In this document: positions 1 through 11,000 of the stretch, piece after piece
How the letters are laid out: the number at the start of each line of letters is the position of its first letter
Position numbering within the stretch: the stretch's first letter is position 1
IMG/VR virus record: IMGVR_UViG_3300048574_000421
Direction: 5' to 3' (one strand)
DNA length: 64,000 bases
Source of the DNA: a virus
Lineage: Duplodnaviria > Heunggongvirae > Uroviricota > Caudoviricetes
Notes under the pieces: model-generated
What the model saw: only the letters and a program-made list of their open reading frames with translations
Database searches by the model: none
What the model was told of the DNA's origin: nothing
Made by a program: the position numbers and the translations under genes

Positions 1-70
1 AGTCCCTTTGTTGCTTCAGCAAAAAGGGACTCAAACGTGAATGAAGTGTCTAATGAATCAATTGGCATAA

Positions 71-1060
71 TTAACTATGTTGTGCAACAATTTCAAAAAC
101 CATATCTTCAGTTGTTTTATATTTTGACATAGCAACTTTGACAAGTACTTTTATCATACTTGCTGTATAGAGTTCTTTAAGCTTAGGACTTTCTCTTAAT
201 TTCTCTCTACCAATTGCAATCCAATGTCGAACCATACGTTCAGTAAACGAAGGATCGACTTCTTTTTGTAGTTTTTCTGCAAGTTGATTGCTTGTCAACA
301 TATCAGCATTAGGATCGTCAGGATGATAATACATCATTAAAACTTTTTGTTCTCTTTCAGGAAGTTTTTTAATTTCATTCATAAAAACTTGCATAATCTG
401 TTTATTTCTTAAAACTTCATCTGGCAAAGGTTCATTGCTCTTAAGAGTGTCCATAAGAGTTATTGCATCACCACCTTTGTCGTCGCCACCAATTTCCTCA
501 GACATACTTTTTATTGTGTCAGAACCAAATAGCTTAAGAACTTCTAAAACTTTATCGACAGGCATCCTGATAATTTTAGCAAACTCTTCTAAATCTGCTT
601 TATTTTCATTTCCTTCGTCATCAACATTGTTAAATTCTGGCATTCTCTTGTTTTTTTCATAAAATGCTCGAAGAGCATTCTTAAATCTAATCTTGTACTT
701 GTTGATATCAGAAACAATTTCGCCTTTTCCCAAAAGATTTCTAATAGAATGTTTATTAACTTTTGTGTTAAAAGCTTTAGCTATATAGCCTACAATTTCG
801 CCTGCAGACTTTGGTGTGAGATCCATGAGAATTTCAAGAAAACTTGTTTCAATGTGGTGTCTTATTTCGTTTCTCTCTTTAGTATTTGAAGCAAGTTCAG
901 AAACAGACTTCATCTTTTTACCAATAAGACCACCAAAAGTCTCTCTTAAGTCTTCAAACGCTGTGTTTTTCTCTCTCCTTGAACTTTTAGAATCCTGCAA
1001 AATTTTCACTGCATTTACAAGATCTTCATTTTCGAGTTTTTTTGATTTTAACCAGAACAT
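71..1060 (-). CDS. sigma-70 family RNA polymerase sigma factor (FliA/SigF-like regions 3-4)
   Basis: Region 3.2-like 'DAITLMDTL' and region 4-like 'IKKLPEREQKVLMMYY...LTSNQLAEKL...TERMVRHWIAIGREKLR'. Confidence 0.7.
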   Translation of the reverse strand: MFWLKSKKLENEDLVNAVKILQDSKSSRREKNTAFEDLRETFGGLIGKKMKSVSELASNTKERNEIRHHIETSFLEILMDLTPKSAGEIVGYIAKAFNTKVNKHSIRNLLGKGEIVSDINKYKIRFKNALRAFYEKNKRMPEFNNVDDEGNENKADLEEFAKIIRMPVDKVLEVLKLFGSDTIKSMSEEIGGDDKGGDAITLMDTLKSNEPLPDEVLRNKQIMQVFMNEIKKLPEREQKVLMMYYHPDDPNADMLTSNQLAEKLQKEVDPSFTERMVRHWIAIGREKLRESPKLKELYTASMIKVLVKVAMSKYKTTEDMVFEIVAQHS

Positions 1061-1061
1061 C

Positions 1062-1316
1062 TTATGCTCCTTCTGTTTGTTTTGCTTTTCGTTTTTCTTT
1101 TCGTTTCTCTAAAATCCCTCTGCGCTTATCAGCATCTTCGCCAACTACACAATCAAGTAACCTATGTTCACTTCCTTTAACAACCCCTGAAAACATCGAC
1201 ATAAGTTTTTCAACTTCACCTTTACACTCAGGACATTCAGGAATTGGTGAACTTACATGCAAATAATCTTCAAATTTATGTTTGCATTTTTTACACAAAA
1301 ACTCATAAATAGGCAT
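1062..1316 (-). CDS. FmdB-family zinc-ribbon protein
   Basis: MPIYEFLCKKC...F...CPECKG..EKLMS signature. Confidence 0.8.
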   Translation of the reverse strand: MPIYEFLCKKCKHKFEDYLHVSSPIPECPECKGEVEKLMSMFSGVVKGSEHRLLDCVVGEDADKRRGILEKRKEKRKAKQTEGA

Positions 1317-1348
1317 AGACTACTCACTTTTTTAATTTCATTTAATTT

Positions 1349-1519
1349 TTAAACGTATACGCGTATCTTTTGACGCTCTTTGTAACGTTTTTTAATACAT
1401 TCAACACAAATGACTTCACCATACATCGTTTCAATTATTTCTCTTGACTTTTTATCTATAATCTCTACTTTAATACGTGCATAATCTTCTTTTTCTAGAT
1501 TGCAATTCGAGCAATGCAT
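1349..1519 (-). CDS. small CxxC...CxxC protein (56 aa, not in ORF track)
   Basis: Hand translation MHCSNCNLEK...VICVECIKKRYKERQKIRVYV*; fills the gap between the two FmdB genes. Confidence 0.5.
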   Translation of the reverse strand: MHCSNCNLEKEDYARIKVEIIDKKSREIIETMYGEVICVECIKKRYKERQKIRVYV

Positions 1520-1536
1520 CGTTTAATCCCTGTTAA

Positions 1537-1806
1537 TTATTTTATGTCAGACATTTTTGTCGTGCCTTCTCCAGATCTTTCTCTATCAATCATTTTCGTC
1601 TTCATTCTTGCATTCTTTTTAAGCATTTGATCTTTCAATTTGAAACTCTGACTTGGACCATCACATATAAAGTTTGTTGTTGGTGTAAAAATTTTCTCAC
1701 AAGTTCCTTTGCAAACTTCACAACTTACTTCTGGTGTAGATGCCATTGAATGAAATGCTTCCTGAATGTTCATACAAGATTTGCACTGGTATTCATACGT
1801 CGGCAT
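1537..1806 (-). CDS. FmdB-family zinc-ribbon protein
   Basis: MPTYEYQCKSC...CEVCKG..EKIF signature; RBS AGGGG upstream. Confidence 0.8.
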   Translation of the reverse strand: MPTYEYQCKSCMNIQEAFHSMASTPEVSCEVCKGTCEKIFTPTTNFICDGPSQSFKLKDQMLKKNARMKTKMIDRERSGEGTTKMSDIK

Positions 1807-1935
1807 ATATTAATCCCCTTTAATTTTAATTTAATTTGTTTGTACTACTAAATTATATCTTGTTTTCAAGACTCTTGTTCTTTAAGTTGCAAGAAAACAC
1901 AATATAGTCTCATAGCTTATTAGAAGAAGCGAGTA

Positions 1936-1950
1936 TAAAAACTATAGAAA
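1936..1950 (-). promoter_or_regulatory. recurrent intergenic motif TTTCTATAGTTTTTA (candidate phage promoter/operator), copy 1
   Basis: Exact or near copies at 7387, 17727, 20327, 31967 and 42271. Confidence 0.5.
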
Positions 1951-2023
1951 TGAGAAATAATCTAATCTAAAGATGAGTTTGTAGAAGCATTGTTTTGAAG
2001 TTAAAATCCAAATGTTTCTTGAA

Positions 2024-2275
2024 TTATTTGAGTGTTAAATATTTGTCGATTAGTTTATGAATTTTGCTGTTGAAAGTGAAGCCAAGTTGATGAAAGAAGA
2101 AATGTAAAAATTCGTGAAATAGAATAAATAAGTTTTGATCATTTCTTATATAGATAGTATTAGATGCAGGATGATAAGCAGCTCTGTCGCTTTCGACTAT
2201 CCATTGTGGTAGTTCTTTGCAAGTGACAATTTTGGGTAGTTTTATAAGTTTTAAAATATTTTTTCTTGATAACAT
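2024..2275 (-). CDS. small HExxH (zincin-like) protein
   Basis: 'AAYHPASNTIYI...LFHEFLH'. Confidence 0.4.
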   Translation of the reverse strand: MLSRKNILKLIKLPKIVTCKELPQWIVESDRAAYHPASNTIYIRNDQNLFILFHEFLHFFFHQLGFTFNSKIHKLIDKYLTLK

Positions 2276-3192
2276 AAAACAGACTTTAAAAAAGTGACAA
2301 CAAATTGTGAAATTCCAGGCGATGTTTGCTCACTATTACCTGCAATATTTAATGTTTTTATAGTATTACATTTTAACCAACTAACAAATTGTTTTTGTTG
2401 AAGCTCTAAATTTTTATTTATATCAACATCAAAATAAGGTTTATCATATTGTGTAATTGCTTTTAAAGTACATTTTTCGCCAGAAGAATCAAAGTTTGTA
2501 GCAAATCTAACTGTCCCATCAGACTCTTTTACGTTTTGAAAAGTTCTTGGTGGATAATAATATGAAGAATGCTCTTGCATTCCATACAAACTTTTAAACT
2601 CGTGTTTTCTTCCTTCTTGTGTTCTAAAACTTGCTGGCATCCAACCTCCTGTTTGTAATCCAAGAGATTTTGCTGCAATTAATCCAGCTTCATTAGCTCC
2701 TGTTTGTCCACCTGATATAATTTTCTCTACTTGAATTTTGTACCAGTCAATTGTACTTGGAATACTTTTTGTTTCTCTTGCATAATCTAATTTTACAATT
2801 AAATCAGGTCTATGAATTTTGACCATTTTGCCGATAAGTGTCGTATGACAAAAAAAATTCCCATCACGTTCAATTTGCTCTTTTGATGAAGAACTACTTG
2901 GGCACCAACAACAAAGTATGTATTGTTGATTTTTGTCTAAACTCTCAAGCCAAGCTTCTATAGTGTCCCAACGATCTGAATAACTTTCTCTTAAAACATT
3001 TATGTATTCATCGACAGAACTGTTACAATTTCCAAGTCTAATTCGAATTCCATTTATGTCTAAAGGAAATAAAAAATCTAGTTCTTTATATTTGCACCAT
3101 TCAGGCTTCCAGCAAGCAACACTAAACTTATTGTCTAGTTCGTATTTTTTTGCTTCAAAAAACGATGTAAGTAAAATATTGAATTCTAACAT
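2251..3192 (-). CDS. two-domain protein with C-terminal SLOG (putative molybdenum-carrier-like) domain
   Basis: 'KIISGGQTGANEAGL...GLQTGGWMP...YPPRTFQNVKESDGT...TLNIAGN'. Confidence 0.7.
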   Translation of the reverse strand: MLEFNILLTSFFEAKKYELDNKFSVACWKPEWCKYKELDFLFPLDINGIRIRLGNCNSSVDEYINVLRESYSDRWDTIEAWLESLDKNQQYILCCWCPSSSSSKEQIERDGNFFCHTTLIGKMVKIHRPDLIVKLDYARETKSIPSTIDWYKIQVEKIISGGQTGANEAGLIAAKSLGLQTGGWMPASFRTQEGRKHEFKSLYGMQEHSSYYYPPRTFQNVKESDGTVRFATNFDSSGEKCTLKAITQYDKPYFDVDINKNLELQQKQFVSWLKCNTIKTLNIAGNSEQTSPGISQFVVTFLKSVLCYQEKIF

Positions 3193-3205
3193 AGAACTTT
3201 ATATA

Positions 3206-3248
3206 CAAAAAGAGCTGACAAGAAATTTATTTGTCAGCTCTTTGTTTT
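3206..3248 (-). terminator. intrinsic terminator
   Basis: 13-bp inverted repeat AAAGAGCTGACAA/TTGTCAGCTCTTT with T-runs on both strands, right after the stop of 3247..3666. Confidence 0.75.
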
Positions 3249-3666
3249 AATTTATATGTTTATGAATCTGAATTACACGCTCTTGACCTAATGCTTTTTC
3301 TTTTGTGGGATGTCTACCCAATAATCTATCTTCATCATGTGTATATAAACACCATTGTTGCTCAGAATCAGGTCTTTCATCTTTATCTTTTTTAGGACAT
3401 CTTTTAATTATTGCTATTTTGCTAGAACTATCTATAGCATCACTATTCGTATTCAATCTAGAAACCAATTGACTTATAAAGGATGTCAAATCTAGATAAC
3501 TCGCGTTTTCTCTAAGTTTGAACTGTTTGATTAGTTCCTTAGACAGTTTTTTCTTTTTATAAAGAATTTCAGCATTTTGCTCTAACATGTCTTTGCCATT
3601 TTGAGCGTAATCGCGTCTTTCTTTTAAAGGTTCTAAGATTTGTGCAATAATTTTCTCTGTATTCAT
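3247..3666 (-). CDS. hypothetical protein
   Basis: ORF in tightly packed operon; N-terminal 'KIIAQILE' motif. Confidence 0.6.
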   Translation of the reverse strand: MNTEKIIAQILEPLKERRDYAQNGKDMLEQNAEILYKKKKLSKELIKQFKLRENASYLDLTSFISQLVSRLNTNSDAIDSSSKIAIIKRCPKKDKDERPDSEQQWCLYTHDEDRLLGRHPTKEKALGQERVIQIHKHIN

Positions 3667-3995
3667 CTTAAAACTTCAAACCTGAAATGTTTTTTTAAAA
3701 TCTCGTTTTTTAAATTATTTTCAAACTGTGTTGCTGTTGTTTTTAAACTTGGATTAATTCCAATTGTGAAAGTTATTATAGGCGGTTTAGCAGCAAAATT
3801 TGCAGGTAGTTTTTCTTCAATTGAAGCAAACCCTTTTGTTTGACGGATAGTTTCAAGCAAAATTTTTAAACTTTCAGCAGTCAAACCTAAGCTTATTGAC
3901 GTGCTAATCTCTTTAGTATTTTGACCAGGATCAGTTGGTAAAATAGCTTCTTTTAAAATTTCATTTGCTATTTTCTTGACTTGCTTCTGTTTCAT
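3663..3995 (-). CDS. hypothetical protein
   Basis: N-terminal 'KKIANEILKEA' motif; ATGA overlap with the next gene. Confidence 0.6.
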   Translation of the reverse strand: MKQKQVKKIANEILKEAILPTDPGQNTKEISTSISLGLTAESLKILLETIRQTKGFASIEEKLPANFAAKPPIITFTIGINPSLKTTATQFENNLKNEILKKHFRFEVLR

Positions 3996-4242
3996 TAACT
4001 TCTTCTACTTCTTCTTCTATTTGTTGATTATTTGATACTCTTTTTTTTATAGCAGCATGACCCAAACCTAAAGCTGAAAGCAAAAATCCAAAAATTGTTA
4101 CAGCTTTATAAAAATTTAACGCAAAGCCCTCAGGAAATCCATTAGGCCAAATAACCAACATACTTGGAACAAGAACAGACCAATAGAGAAGCGCAATTGT
4201 TCTTTTTTTGCCATTAAGAGTTTGCCAAAAACTTTTTAGCAT
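3961..4242 (-). CDS. holin-like two-TM membrane protein
   Basis: 'LNGKKRTIALL', two hydrophobic segments, charged tail; GGGGG RBS; about 0.7 kb from the endolysin. Confidence 0.5.
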   Translation of the reverse strand: MLKSFWQTLNGKKRTIALLYWSVLVPSMLVIWPNGFPEGFALNFYKAVTIFGFLLSALGLGHAAIKKRVSNNQQIEEEVEEVNETEASQENSK

Positions 4243-4260
4243 AAGTACCCCCTCCAGATC

Positions 4261-4518
4261 TTATCGACTTTTGTATTTCCAAACTGAGTAATTATACTCA
4301 GTCTTCATGGTTGTAGGAAATAATTTAAAAATTTCTTTGATTTTATCTGCTGATAAACCAGCTTCTTGTGCATAAAAAAGCGTGTCATGAAGTCTAGAAA
4401 GTTGTTGTTCTGTGTGATCTTCAGGAGGACTTTGATCTGTTGTGCCCATGGGTTTATCTGGCACACCTTCTTTAATACTTGTTTTTAAAATTTTATCAGC
4501 AACTGCTTGCACATTCAT
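4261..4518 (-). CDS. hypothetical protein
   Basis: N-terminal 'AVADKILKTS' motif. Confidence 0.55.
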   Translation of the reverse strand: MNVQAVADKILKTSIKEGVPDKPMGTTDQSPPEDHTEQQLSRLHDTLFYAQEAGLSADKIKEIFKLFPTTMKTEYNYSVWKYKSR

Positions 4519-4964
4519 TATGATTCCTCCGTTGTTTCACCATCAAACTCTTCATCATCTTCTAAAGCATCTTTTTTTGTTTTATGAATTGTCTTATCTT
4601 TATGATGAGGTGGTGAATATATACTATACATTTTTAAATCTTCTTTACCAGTATTTACTATGTTGTGTGTTGCACCTGCAGGAACTACTACAGCTGATCC
4701 ATTTTTTAAAGCATAAGAAGCACCATTAATTATTGCTTTACCTGAACCAGAATCAACTCTAAAAAATTGATCAACATCATGTACTTCTTCGCCAATATCT
4801 TCACCAGATTTTAACGACATCAAAACAAGTTGACAATTTTCAGCTGTATAAAGGACTTTTCTAAAATTCGTATTATCTACTGTATTTTTTTCAATATCAG
4901 TAACAAATCCTTTTGCTTTTGATTCCTTAAATAAATTGCTAAAAACATTTGACTCGTATCTCAT
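4518..4964 (-). CDS. cupin domain protein
   Basis: 'NTNFRKVLYT...QLVLMSL...IGEEVH..DQFFRV..G.G...VVVPAGATHNIVNTG...YSPPHH'; start moved to the ATG at 4964 (AAGGA RBS). Confidence 0.85.
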   Translation of the reverse strand: MRYESNVFSNLFKESKAKGFVTDIEKNTVDNTNFRKVLYTAENCQLVLMSLKSGEDIGEEVHDVDQFFRVDSGSGKAIINGASYALKNGSAVVVPAGATHNIVNTGKEDLKMYSIYSPPHHKDKTIHKTKKDALEDDEEFDGETTEES

Positions 4965-4974
4965 TTTTATTTCC

Positions 4975-5463
4975 TTATACAACTTCAGAATCTTCAAAAT
5001 GTGGATAATCCTTGAAATTTTTCCAAGAACCTCCCCAAACAAGACCAACACTTTCTCCAATTTTACCAGCTTCAAAATAATCGCATATTTCGTTTTGGTT
5101 TACATTAACTTTCAAATCCCAAGTTGCTTTTCCATCTTTTGTGATAGCTATATCGAAAGCTCTTGATTTGTCGTTTTCTGTAACACTATCATCTAAATCT
5201 ATTAAATGTTTACTTTTTAACGTTGATGTCACTTTATTTTGTGCTTCAGAAGCAGAAATTGGAGCAAGACCAGCAATTTTTCTGATAATATTTACTCTAT
5301 CTGGAGGTTGACGACCTTGCGCATACAACGCTTGCTGTTCTTTCACTGTTCTTGCTGTACATGTAACAACAAAAGGTATCTTAGCAGCGTCCATCTTTTC
5401 TTTAAAAAGAGCAAATTTCTTCTGCATTGACAATGTTAAATCTTCTATTTTTCTTGATGCCAT
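4975..5463 (-). CDS. M15 family L-Ala-D-Glu peptidase (endolysin)
   Basis: 'RTVKEQQALYAQGR...SKH...AFDI...GLVWGGSWKNFKDYPHFE'. Confidence 0.85.
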   Translation of the reverse strand: MASRKIEDLTLSMQKKFALFKEKMDAAKIPFVVTCTARTVKEQQALYAQGRQPPDRVNIIRKIAGLAPISASEAQNKVTSTLKSKHLIDLDDSVTENDKSRAFDIAITKDGKATWDLKVNVNQNEICDYFEAGKIGESVGLVWGGSWKNFKDYPHFEDSEVV

Positions 5464-5465
5464 AG

Positions 5466-6893
5466 TTATGCTACCTGATAAGAATCAATTGACACGCCTT
5501 CATTTTTCTGAAATTGCTTTTGTATTTTATTACTATCTGCTTTAGAATTAAGTTGTTGGAGAGCAAGCAATGCATCTTCCCAATATATCCCTTTGTCAAT
5601 CAAAGTTTTAAGTTCACTAACAAGTTTGTCATAGTCTGTAGAATTTCTTGTTTTTACAAGTTTTTTTATTTCTTCTCGATTCAAAGCAATAATTTGACTT
5701 GCAACTTTCTTAATGTTATTGTTTAAAACAGATGCAGTTTTGATTTGTGCTTTTTCCATAAAATGTTTTTGTACTGAAGCTTTAATTTCGATTGTCGTTT
5801 GACCAGGAAAGAAATTTTCACGAATAATTTCGCATGCTTCTTTTAAACAATCAATAGTTTCTTTGTTTTCGTTTGTTGCAAGAATTTTAGCAGTATTTAC
5901 AGTTTCAACAACATGAGAACCAGTAAAATCTTTTGAAAGGGAAATAATATCATCATCAACATTCTTACTCAGATGTTTAAAATACATCATTTTTAAATTT
6001 TCAGCATTTGGTAGACCAATTTCAATTCTTCTATCAAAACGACAAGGTCTTGAAGATAAAGCAGAATCAAGCATCTCGATTTTGTTCGTAGAAGCCATAA
6101 CTACAAGTGGTTCTCCAAATTTTCTCATACCATCAAGATTTGTAAGGAGATCACCAAGTTGATTTGATGCTGTAAAATTATCTCTATTACCACTCATAAA
6201 ATCTATATCTTCAAAAGCTAGAACTGTTGGTCCAAGATAAGCAAGAAACTCAAATAATTTGCTTACAGCCATATATCTAAAAGATTCAGCTGTAACATAA
6301 ATTCTACTTACATTTTTCTTATCAAGATCATTAAAAACAGCTTTAACTATCGATGTTTTACCTGTTCCAGGAGGACCATACATAACAAGTCCTCGCTTAT
6401 TTACTCCTGAAGCAGCAAATTTTGAATTTCCTAGAAAATCAGAAGTATTTAAACGAATATCTTTTTTTGCTTTTTCAGAAAGAACTACATCGTCCCAAGA
6501 TACTTTAGGAACATCTTTAAAAAACATAGTTTCTTTCTCAGAATACAAACATTTTCCTCTATACTGGTTTTTCTTAACCATATCCATTTCAAAATTATCA
6601 ATCCATTGTTTTGCTTCTTCACGTGATTGAGCAAAACAATTTACATTGAAACTTCCATATTGCATATAAGCAGTTATAATTTTGTTATCATAAACAGCTG
6701 AAATATTTTCAATTGCAGGCATTGTCTCATACACATCAATTTGCAAATCGTCAACAGCAGGTTTTTTTCCAAAATCTACGCTTGTAGCAATTTTTGGAGC
6801 TTGCTCTTTTATCAAATTTGTTAATGTATACTTTGCTATTGGAACTAGTAAACCATCATATGCTCGTGATACTGCTGTGAGTCCAAGAATCAT
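5466..6893 (-). CDS. AAA+ ATPase
   Basis: Walker A GPPGTGKT, Walker B FEDID, SRH 'STNK..LDSAL.RPCRFDR'. Confidence 0.9.
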   Translation of the reverse strand: MILGLTAVSRAYDGLLVPIAKYTLTNLIKEQAPKIATSVDFGKKPAVDDLQIDVYETMPAIENISAVYDNKIITAYMQYGSFNVNCFAQSREEAKQWIDNFEMDMVKKNQYRGKCLYSEKETMFFKDVPKVSWDDVVLSEKAKKDIRLNTSDFLGNSKFAASGVNKRGLVMYGPPGTGKTSIVKAVFNDLDKKNVSRIYVTAESFRYMAVSKLFEFLAYLGPTVLAFEDIDFMSGNRDNFTASNQLGDLLTNLDGMRKFGEPLVVMASTNKIEMLDSALSSRPCRFDRRIEIGLPNAENLKMMYFKHLSKNVDDDIISLSKDFTGSHVVETVNTAKILATNENKETIDCLKEACEIIRENFFPGQTTIEIKASVQKHFMEKAQIKTASVLNNNIKKVASQIIALNREEIKKLVKTRNSTDYDKLVSELKTLIDKGIYWEDALLALQQLNSKADSNKIQKQFQKNEGVSIDSYQVA

Positions 6894-6922
6894 AAGTCAA
6901 ACTCCTATTTTAGTTAATTTAT

Positions 6923-7312
6923 TTACGGCGCAGATATAACATCATGTCTATCAAGTTTTTCTTCAACAGGTTGTTTCTTTAACTTCAAATTTGTTATGTG
7001 ATGTTCTTCAATTGGAAAAGCTTTTATTCTTTTTAAAACATCTATTACTTTCTGTTCACTTTTAGCATCTGATCTAATTTCGAGTTCAAGTAAGTTTTTA
7101 CCTTTAAATGTTGGAAATTCTTCATCATTTATATCGTAAACTCTTAACTCGACAACAAGTTTGCTTAAATGACGTTTTAATTCATCAAGTTTTGATTCGT
7201 CAATTCCCCAAGAACCAAGATCTTTAGGGTATTTTGTTGAACCTAAATGAATACTAGGGTCAATAGATGCAGCTGTTTTTAAAAGAATATCAGCCATTTC
7301 TTTTGAATTCAT
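6923..7312 (-). CDS. hypothetical protein
   Basis: GGAG RBS; N-terminal 'EMADILLKTA' motif. Confidence 0.6.
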   Translation of the reverse strand: MNSKEMADILLKTAASIDPSIHLGSTKYPKDLGSWGIDESKLDELKRHLSKLVVELRVYDINDEEFPTFKGKNLLELEIRSDAKSEQKVIDVLKRIKAFPIEEHHITNLKLKKQPVEEKLDRHDVISAP

Positions 7313-7386
7313 ATTTTCTCCCGTGTGTGCACAATAAAAAACTTTTACTCAATATATAAAAGTTTAGTATGTAAAATATTTCGAAA

Positions 7387-7401
7387 TAAAAACTATAGAA
7401 A
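7387..7401 (-). promoter_or_regulatory. motif TTTCTATAGTTTTTA, copy 2
   Basis: Exact copy in the intergenic gap upstream of 6923..7312. Confidence 0.5.
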
Positions 7402-7415
7402 AAATCTATCTTAAA

Positions 7416-7805
7416 TTAAGAACTTGAGTCTAACTCATCTAAGATTTTTTTAAGATCATACTTTGGTTTTAGTTTGTATTTGTGATGTGTTTCGTCATAT
7501 TCAAGAAGGGGATGTGGTGATGTTGTATCGACAAACATTTTTATAAAATTTTCACCACCTCGAAGCAAGTCATCTCTGCTTATTGTTTTTGCAGGATTTT
7601 TAATATGATATTTCCCAACTTGACCAAAGTCAGGCAACTCTATAGTGGGTTTATCGTCACTTGTCAAGTCTTTAAGAATTTCTTTTTTTTCTTTGGGCTC
7701 AAGAAACTCAAAATATAAATCAGCGCCACCTTTCTCTTTTAAAAGAACATGTGGCATTGCTTCTTTAAGAATTTCATCGACAATTTTATGCAACTTTAAA
7801 TTCAC
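7416..7805 (-). CDS. hypothetical protein
   Basis: GTG start with GGAG RBS; N-terminal 'KIVDEILKEA' motif. Confidence 0.6.
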   Translation of the reverse strand: MNLKLHKIVDEILKEAMPHVLLKEKGGADLYFEFLEPKEKKEILKDLTSDDKPTIELPDFGQVGKYHIKNPAKTISRDDLLRGGENFIKMFVDTTSPHPLLEYDETHHKYKLKPKYDLKKILDELDSSS

Positions 7806-7848
7806 GTTATTCTCCCATTTAATAAAGAATAACGTGAGAATAAAAACA

Positions 7849-8004
7849 TTATAAAACTTGAAATTCTTCTAATTGAACATGTACTGGTTGCAAACAGTTT
7901 ACCTTTTCCCAACACTCAAACGAGCAAAAACCATCATCAGCGTCAGTATCTTCAACGTGATACGTTTTATTACAATCAGGATTTGAGCATTTTGATTGAG
8001 ACAT
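7849..8004 (-). CDS. small Cys-rich protein (51 aa, not in ORF track)
   Basis: MSQSKCSNPDCNK...FCSFECW...; AAGGAG RBS. Confidence 0.55.
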   Translation of the reverse strand: MSQSKCSNPDCNKTYHVEDTDADDGFCSFECWEKVNCLQPVHVQLEEFQVL

Positions 8005-8031
8005 GTTTACTCCTTGTTAAAGTTTGTATTT

Positions 8032-11000
8032 TCAACCGCATCCTGAATAGTCAGCGCAATCAATGCACTTGAAACATCCAGCCTGCATTACTACTCTACC
8101 ACCACATTGCGGACATTTTAAACCTTTTAATTCAATACCATCACTTAATGTTTGTGATAAAAACTTTCTAACTGCTGTTAATAATGTAGAAATATTATCT
8201 CCATCAATTCCCATAAGAGAAACAAGAATATCTTCTCTTGGAATATTATGTCGCAAACACAACGATATCATTCTACCAAGTCTGTTGTGAGGATAGTCAA
8301 TATTTGCTTTACCAACTGTCTCTTTTACAATTTCATCAGAGACACCACAAGATAAAGCAAGTTTAGTTAAATTACGAGATGCTTTGTTACAAACTTTAAG
8401 TTCTTCGCCACCATATTGAGAATTCGTATAAATCCAGATACAAATAGGAAATTCTTTACGAGAATCTTCAGGCAAATAAGAGAAATGCAAATAAAACTTC
8501 TTGCCTTCTCTCTTAATTATATGAGTATCACCATTTATAAAAACATCAGGAAGTTTAATATCTTTTGCAATAATTTCTCGTTTTTCAGCTTTACCTATGT
8601 CTGATAAAACAGATTCCATAGAGCCTTCTCTATAAGTAGTAAAACCATTAAGGCCTAACTTCCAAGCTTTCAAATAAAGCTGTTTAAAATCTTCAAACGG
8701 ATATTCATTTGGAAGGTTTGCTGTTTTACTAGTACTTTGATTATTATAAAACTGAACTACAGCTTGAATTGCAAGATGGTCATCAATATTCAAATCTTTA
8801 GTAGTAATTAAATATTTAGAATGATCTTGTTCTGGAAAATTATCAAGTAACCATTGGTAACCATAATCTCTAACAATATTTATTTTACACAAACCTCGGT
8901 TATGAGGTTCATAGTAATATTCATAGTCACCAAATCTCCCTCTCCAATATTCATAATCTTTTTCTTTATAATGTTTAAGAATTTGTTTAACATTATCTTG
9001 ACTCAAATCTTCTGGCCATGTTTGACAAACAACTTTCCTCTCATACTCGATTAAATAAACAGGCTCAATCCCGTTACTTGTAACATCAGATAAAATAGAA
9101 CTATTACCAAGAGGTGGTACTGTTGTTGTTTTTGCATTTCTTGCACCATATTTTTTTAACAATTCGCGTGTTTCATCTGTTATTCTAGAAGAATTAAAAA
9201 ATTCTGTTGCTTCAAATTGTTCTTTTATATATGCTCCAAAAACACCCTTTTCTTTTGCAAGTAATGCTGATGTTTGCCAAGTAAGGTTTTCTTTCAATTG
9301 ACAGATTTTTTTTGCAAATTCTACAGCTTCTTTACTGTTGTAAGGGATTCTTAACATCATCAACGCTGAACCAAGTCCATTAATACCCATACCTATTTGA
9401 CGTAGATTGTCTATAACCCATTGATAACTTGGAAGTGGTGCATAAGTCAAATCATTAACGTTGTCTAACATTCTTGTAAAAATTCTAATATCTTCAATAT
9501 ACTCGTCAAAATCAAAATAAGTAGTTCCATCAGTTTTAATTCTGACATATTGTGTTAAATTCAAAGAACCAAGGAGACAAACAGTCCCTATACTTGCAAT
9601 ACCAGGAACTTCCCCACAATTATTAACACATATTCCACTACTTCTTAAGAATTTATCGTCATTCCAAGAAGTAAGAACGATATAATTGTGATTGTCATCA
9701 ACGGTTATATTGTAAACGTCTTCGTAACCATGAAACTCTACTTTCTTGACTTTATGATTGAAAAATGCTTCTGTTTCAAGTAAATTAGAAAATTCAGTAT
9801 AATTGCTACAATTAAATTCTTTTTGTCTAAATTTTTGCGGATATGGTAAGTTATTTGATTTACAAAATCCAAATAATTCTTGTCTTTTAGGTTTTCTTCC
9901 TATGCTTCTAGTAAAACCTACAAAATGCGATAAAAGCTCTTTTGATGTTATTTCATATGCTCTACCATTTTTTAAGCCTGATGTAGCTTTACTCATATTT
10001 TCACGATATTTCTGCTTATCTCGTAATCTATACATAGGATTGTTTTTACCAGATATATCGTGAAAACTTTGATGTTCTTGCTTTGTACACTTGACAAGGA
10101 ACTCAGGTCTATCATCTAAAGAATTAAAATTACTATGATGAATTCTATCGTCTTTAGTTATCTCTATATCTGGATTAAAAAATTCAAATATTAATCTGTA
10201 TTGTCTTCTACTTAATCTTAAACCATTTGAGCGTTTTTTGTTTGAAGTATAAGAAATTTGACGATAACCATTACTTTCATGTGAATTAAAAGGAAGAAGA
10301 CTTTCTCCTGGTTTTAAGTTTTTTAACTCGACATCACCCTTATATCTTGTAGGTATTTTATGGTCGGGTGTTGCAATAAAAACTGAATCATCATCGAGTG
10401 TAAGCTTCCAAACTTCTCTTTGTTCACCAGTAATTCTTGGGTTTCTACCCATCTTAATTTCAACTTTATCTGTGAGTTTATTTCTTGAATAAACTGGTAA
10501 ATCTTTTCCTTCTTGCGCCAATTGCTTGATTGACACGCCATTTCTGCCATCAGCTGTAGCAATAATTGAACTACCTATTATGCAAGGGTTTGTCGCTGTT
10601 ACTCGACCAAGATAAGCAATAGGATTGTTCCTCATCATATTGTCAGCAAATAAAACACCAGGTTCAGCTCTATCATAACACGATAGCATTATCAAGTCGT
10701 AAAGTTCTCTTGCTTTTATTCTCTTGAAAACTTTTCCATTAAAACTTTGTTCAAAAAAATCATCATTCTCTACAGCTTTCAAGAAATCATCAGTTAAAAC
10801 AACAGAAATATTGAATTTTGTAAGTTCACCAGAAGTTTGTTTTGCTCTAACAAATTCTTCACAGTCAGGATGTGTAACGCTTAAAGCAGCAAGCATTGCT
10901 CCTTTTCGTATTGCATTTTTTATAACTGTTTTTGCTTCTTGAAATTTATCGTCGCCTAAATAATTTTTGATTTTATCTACATAACCATCAGCATCACCTT

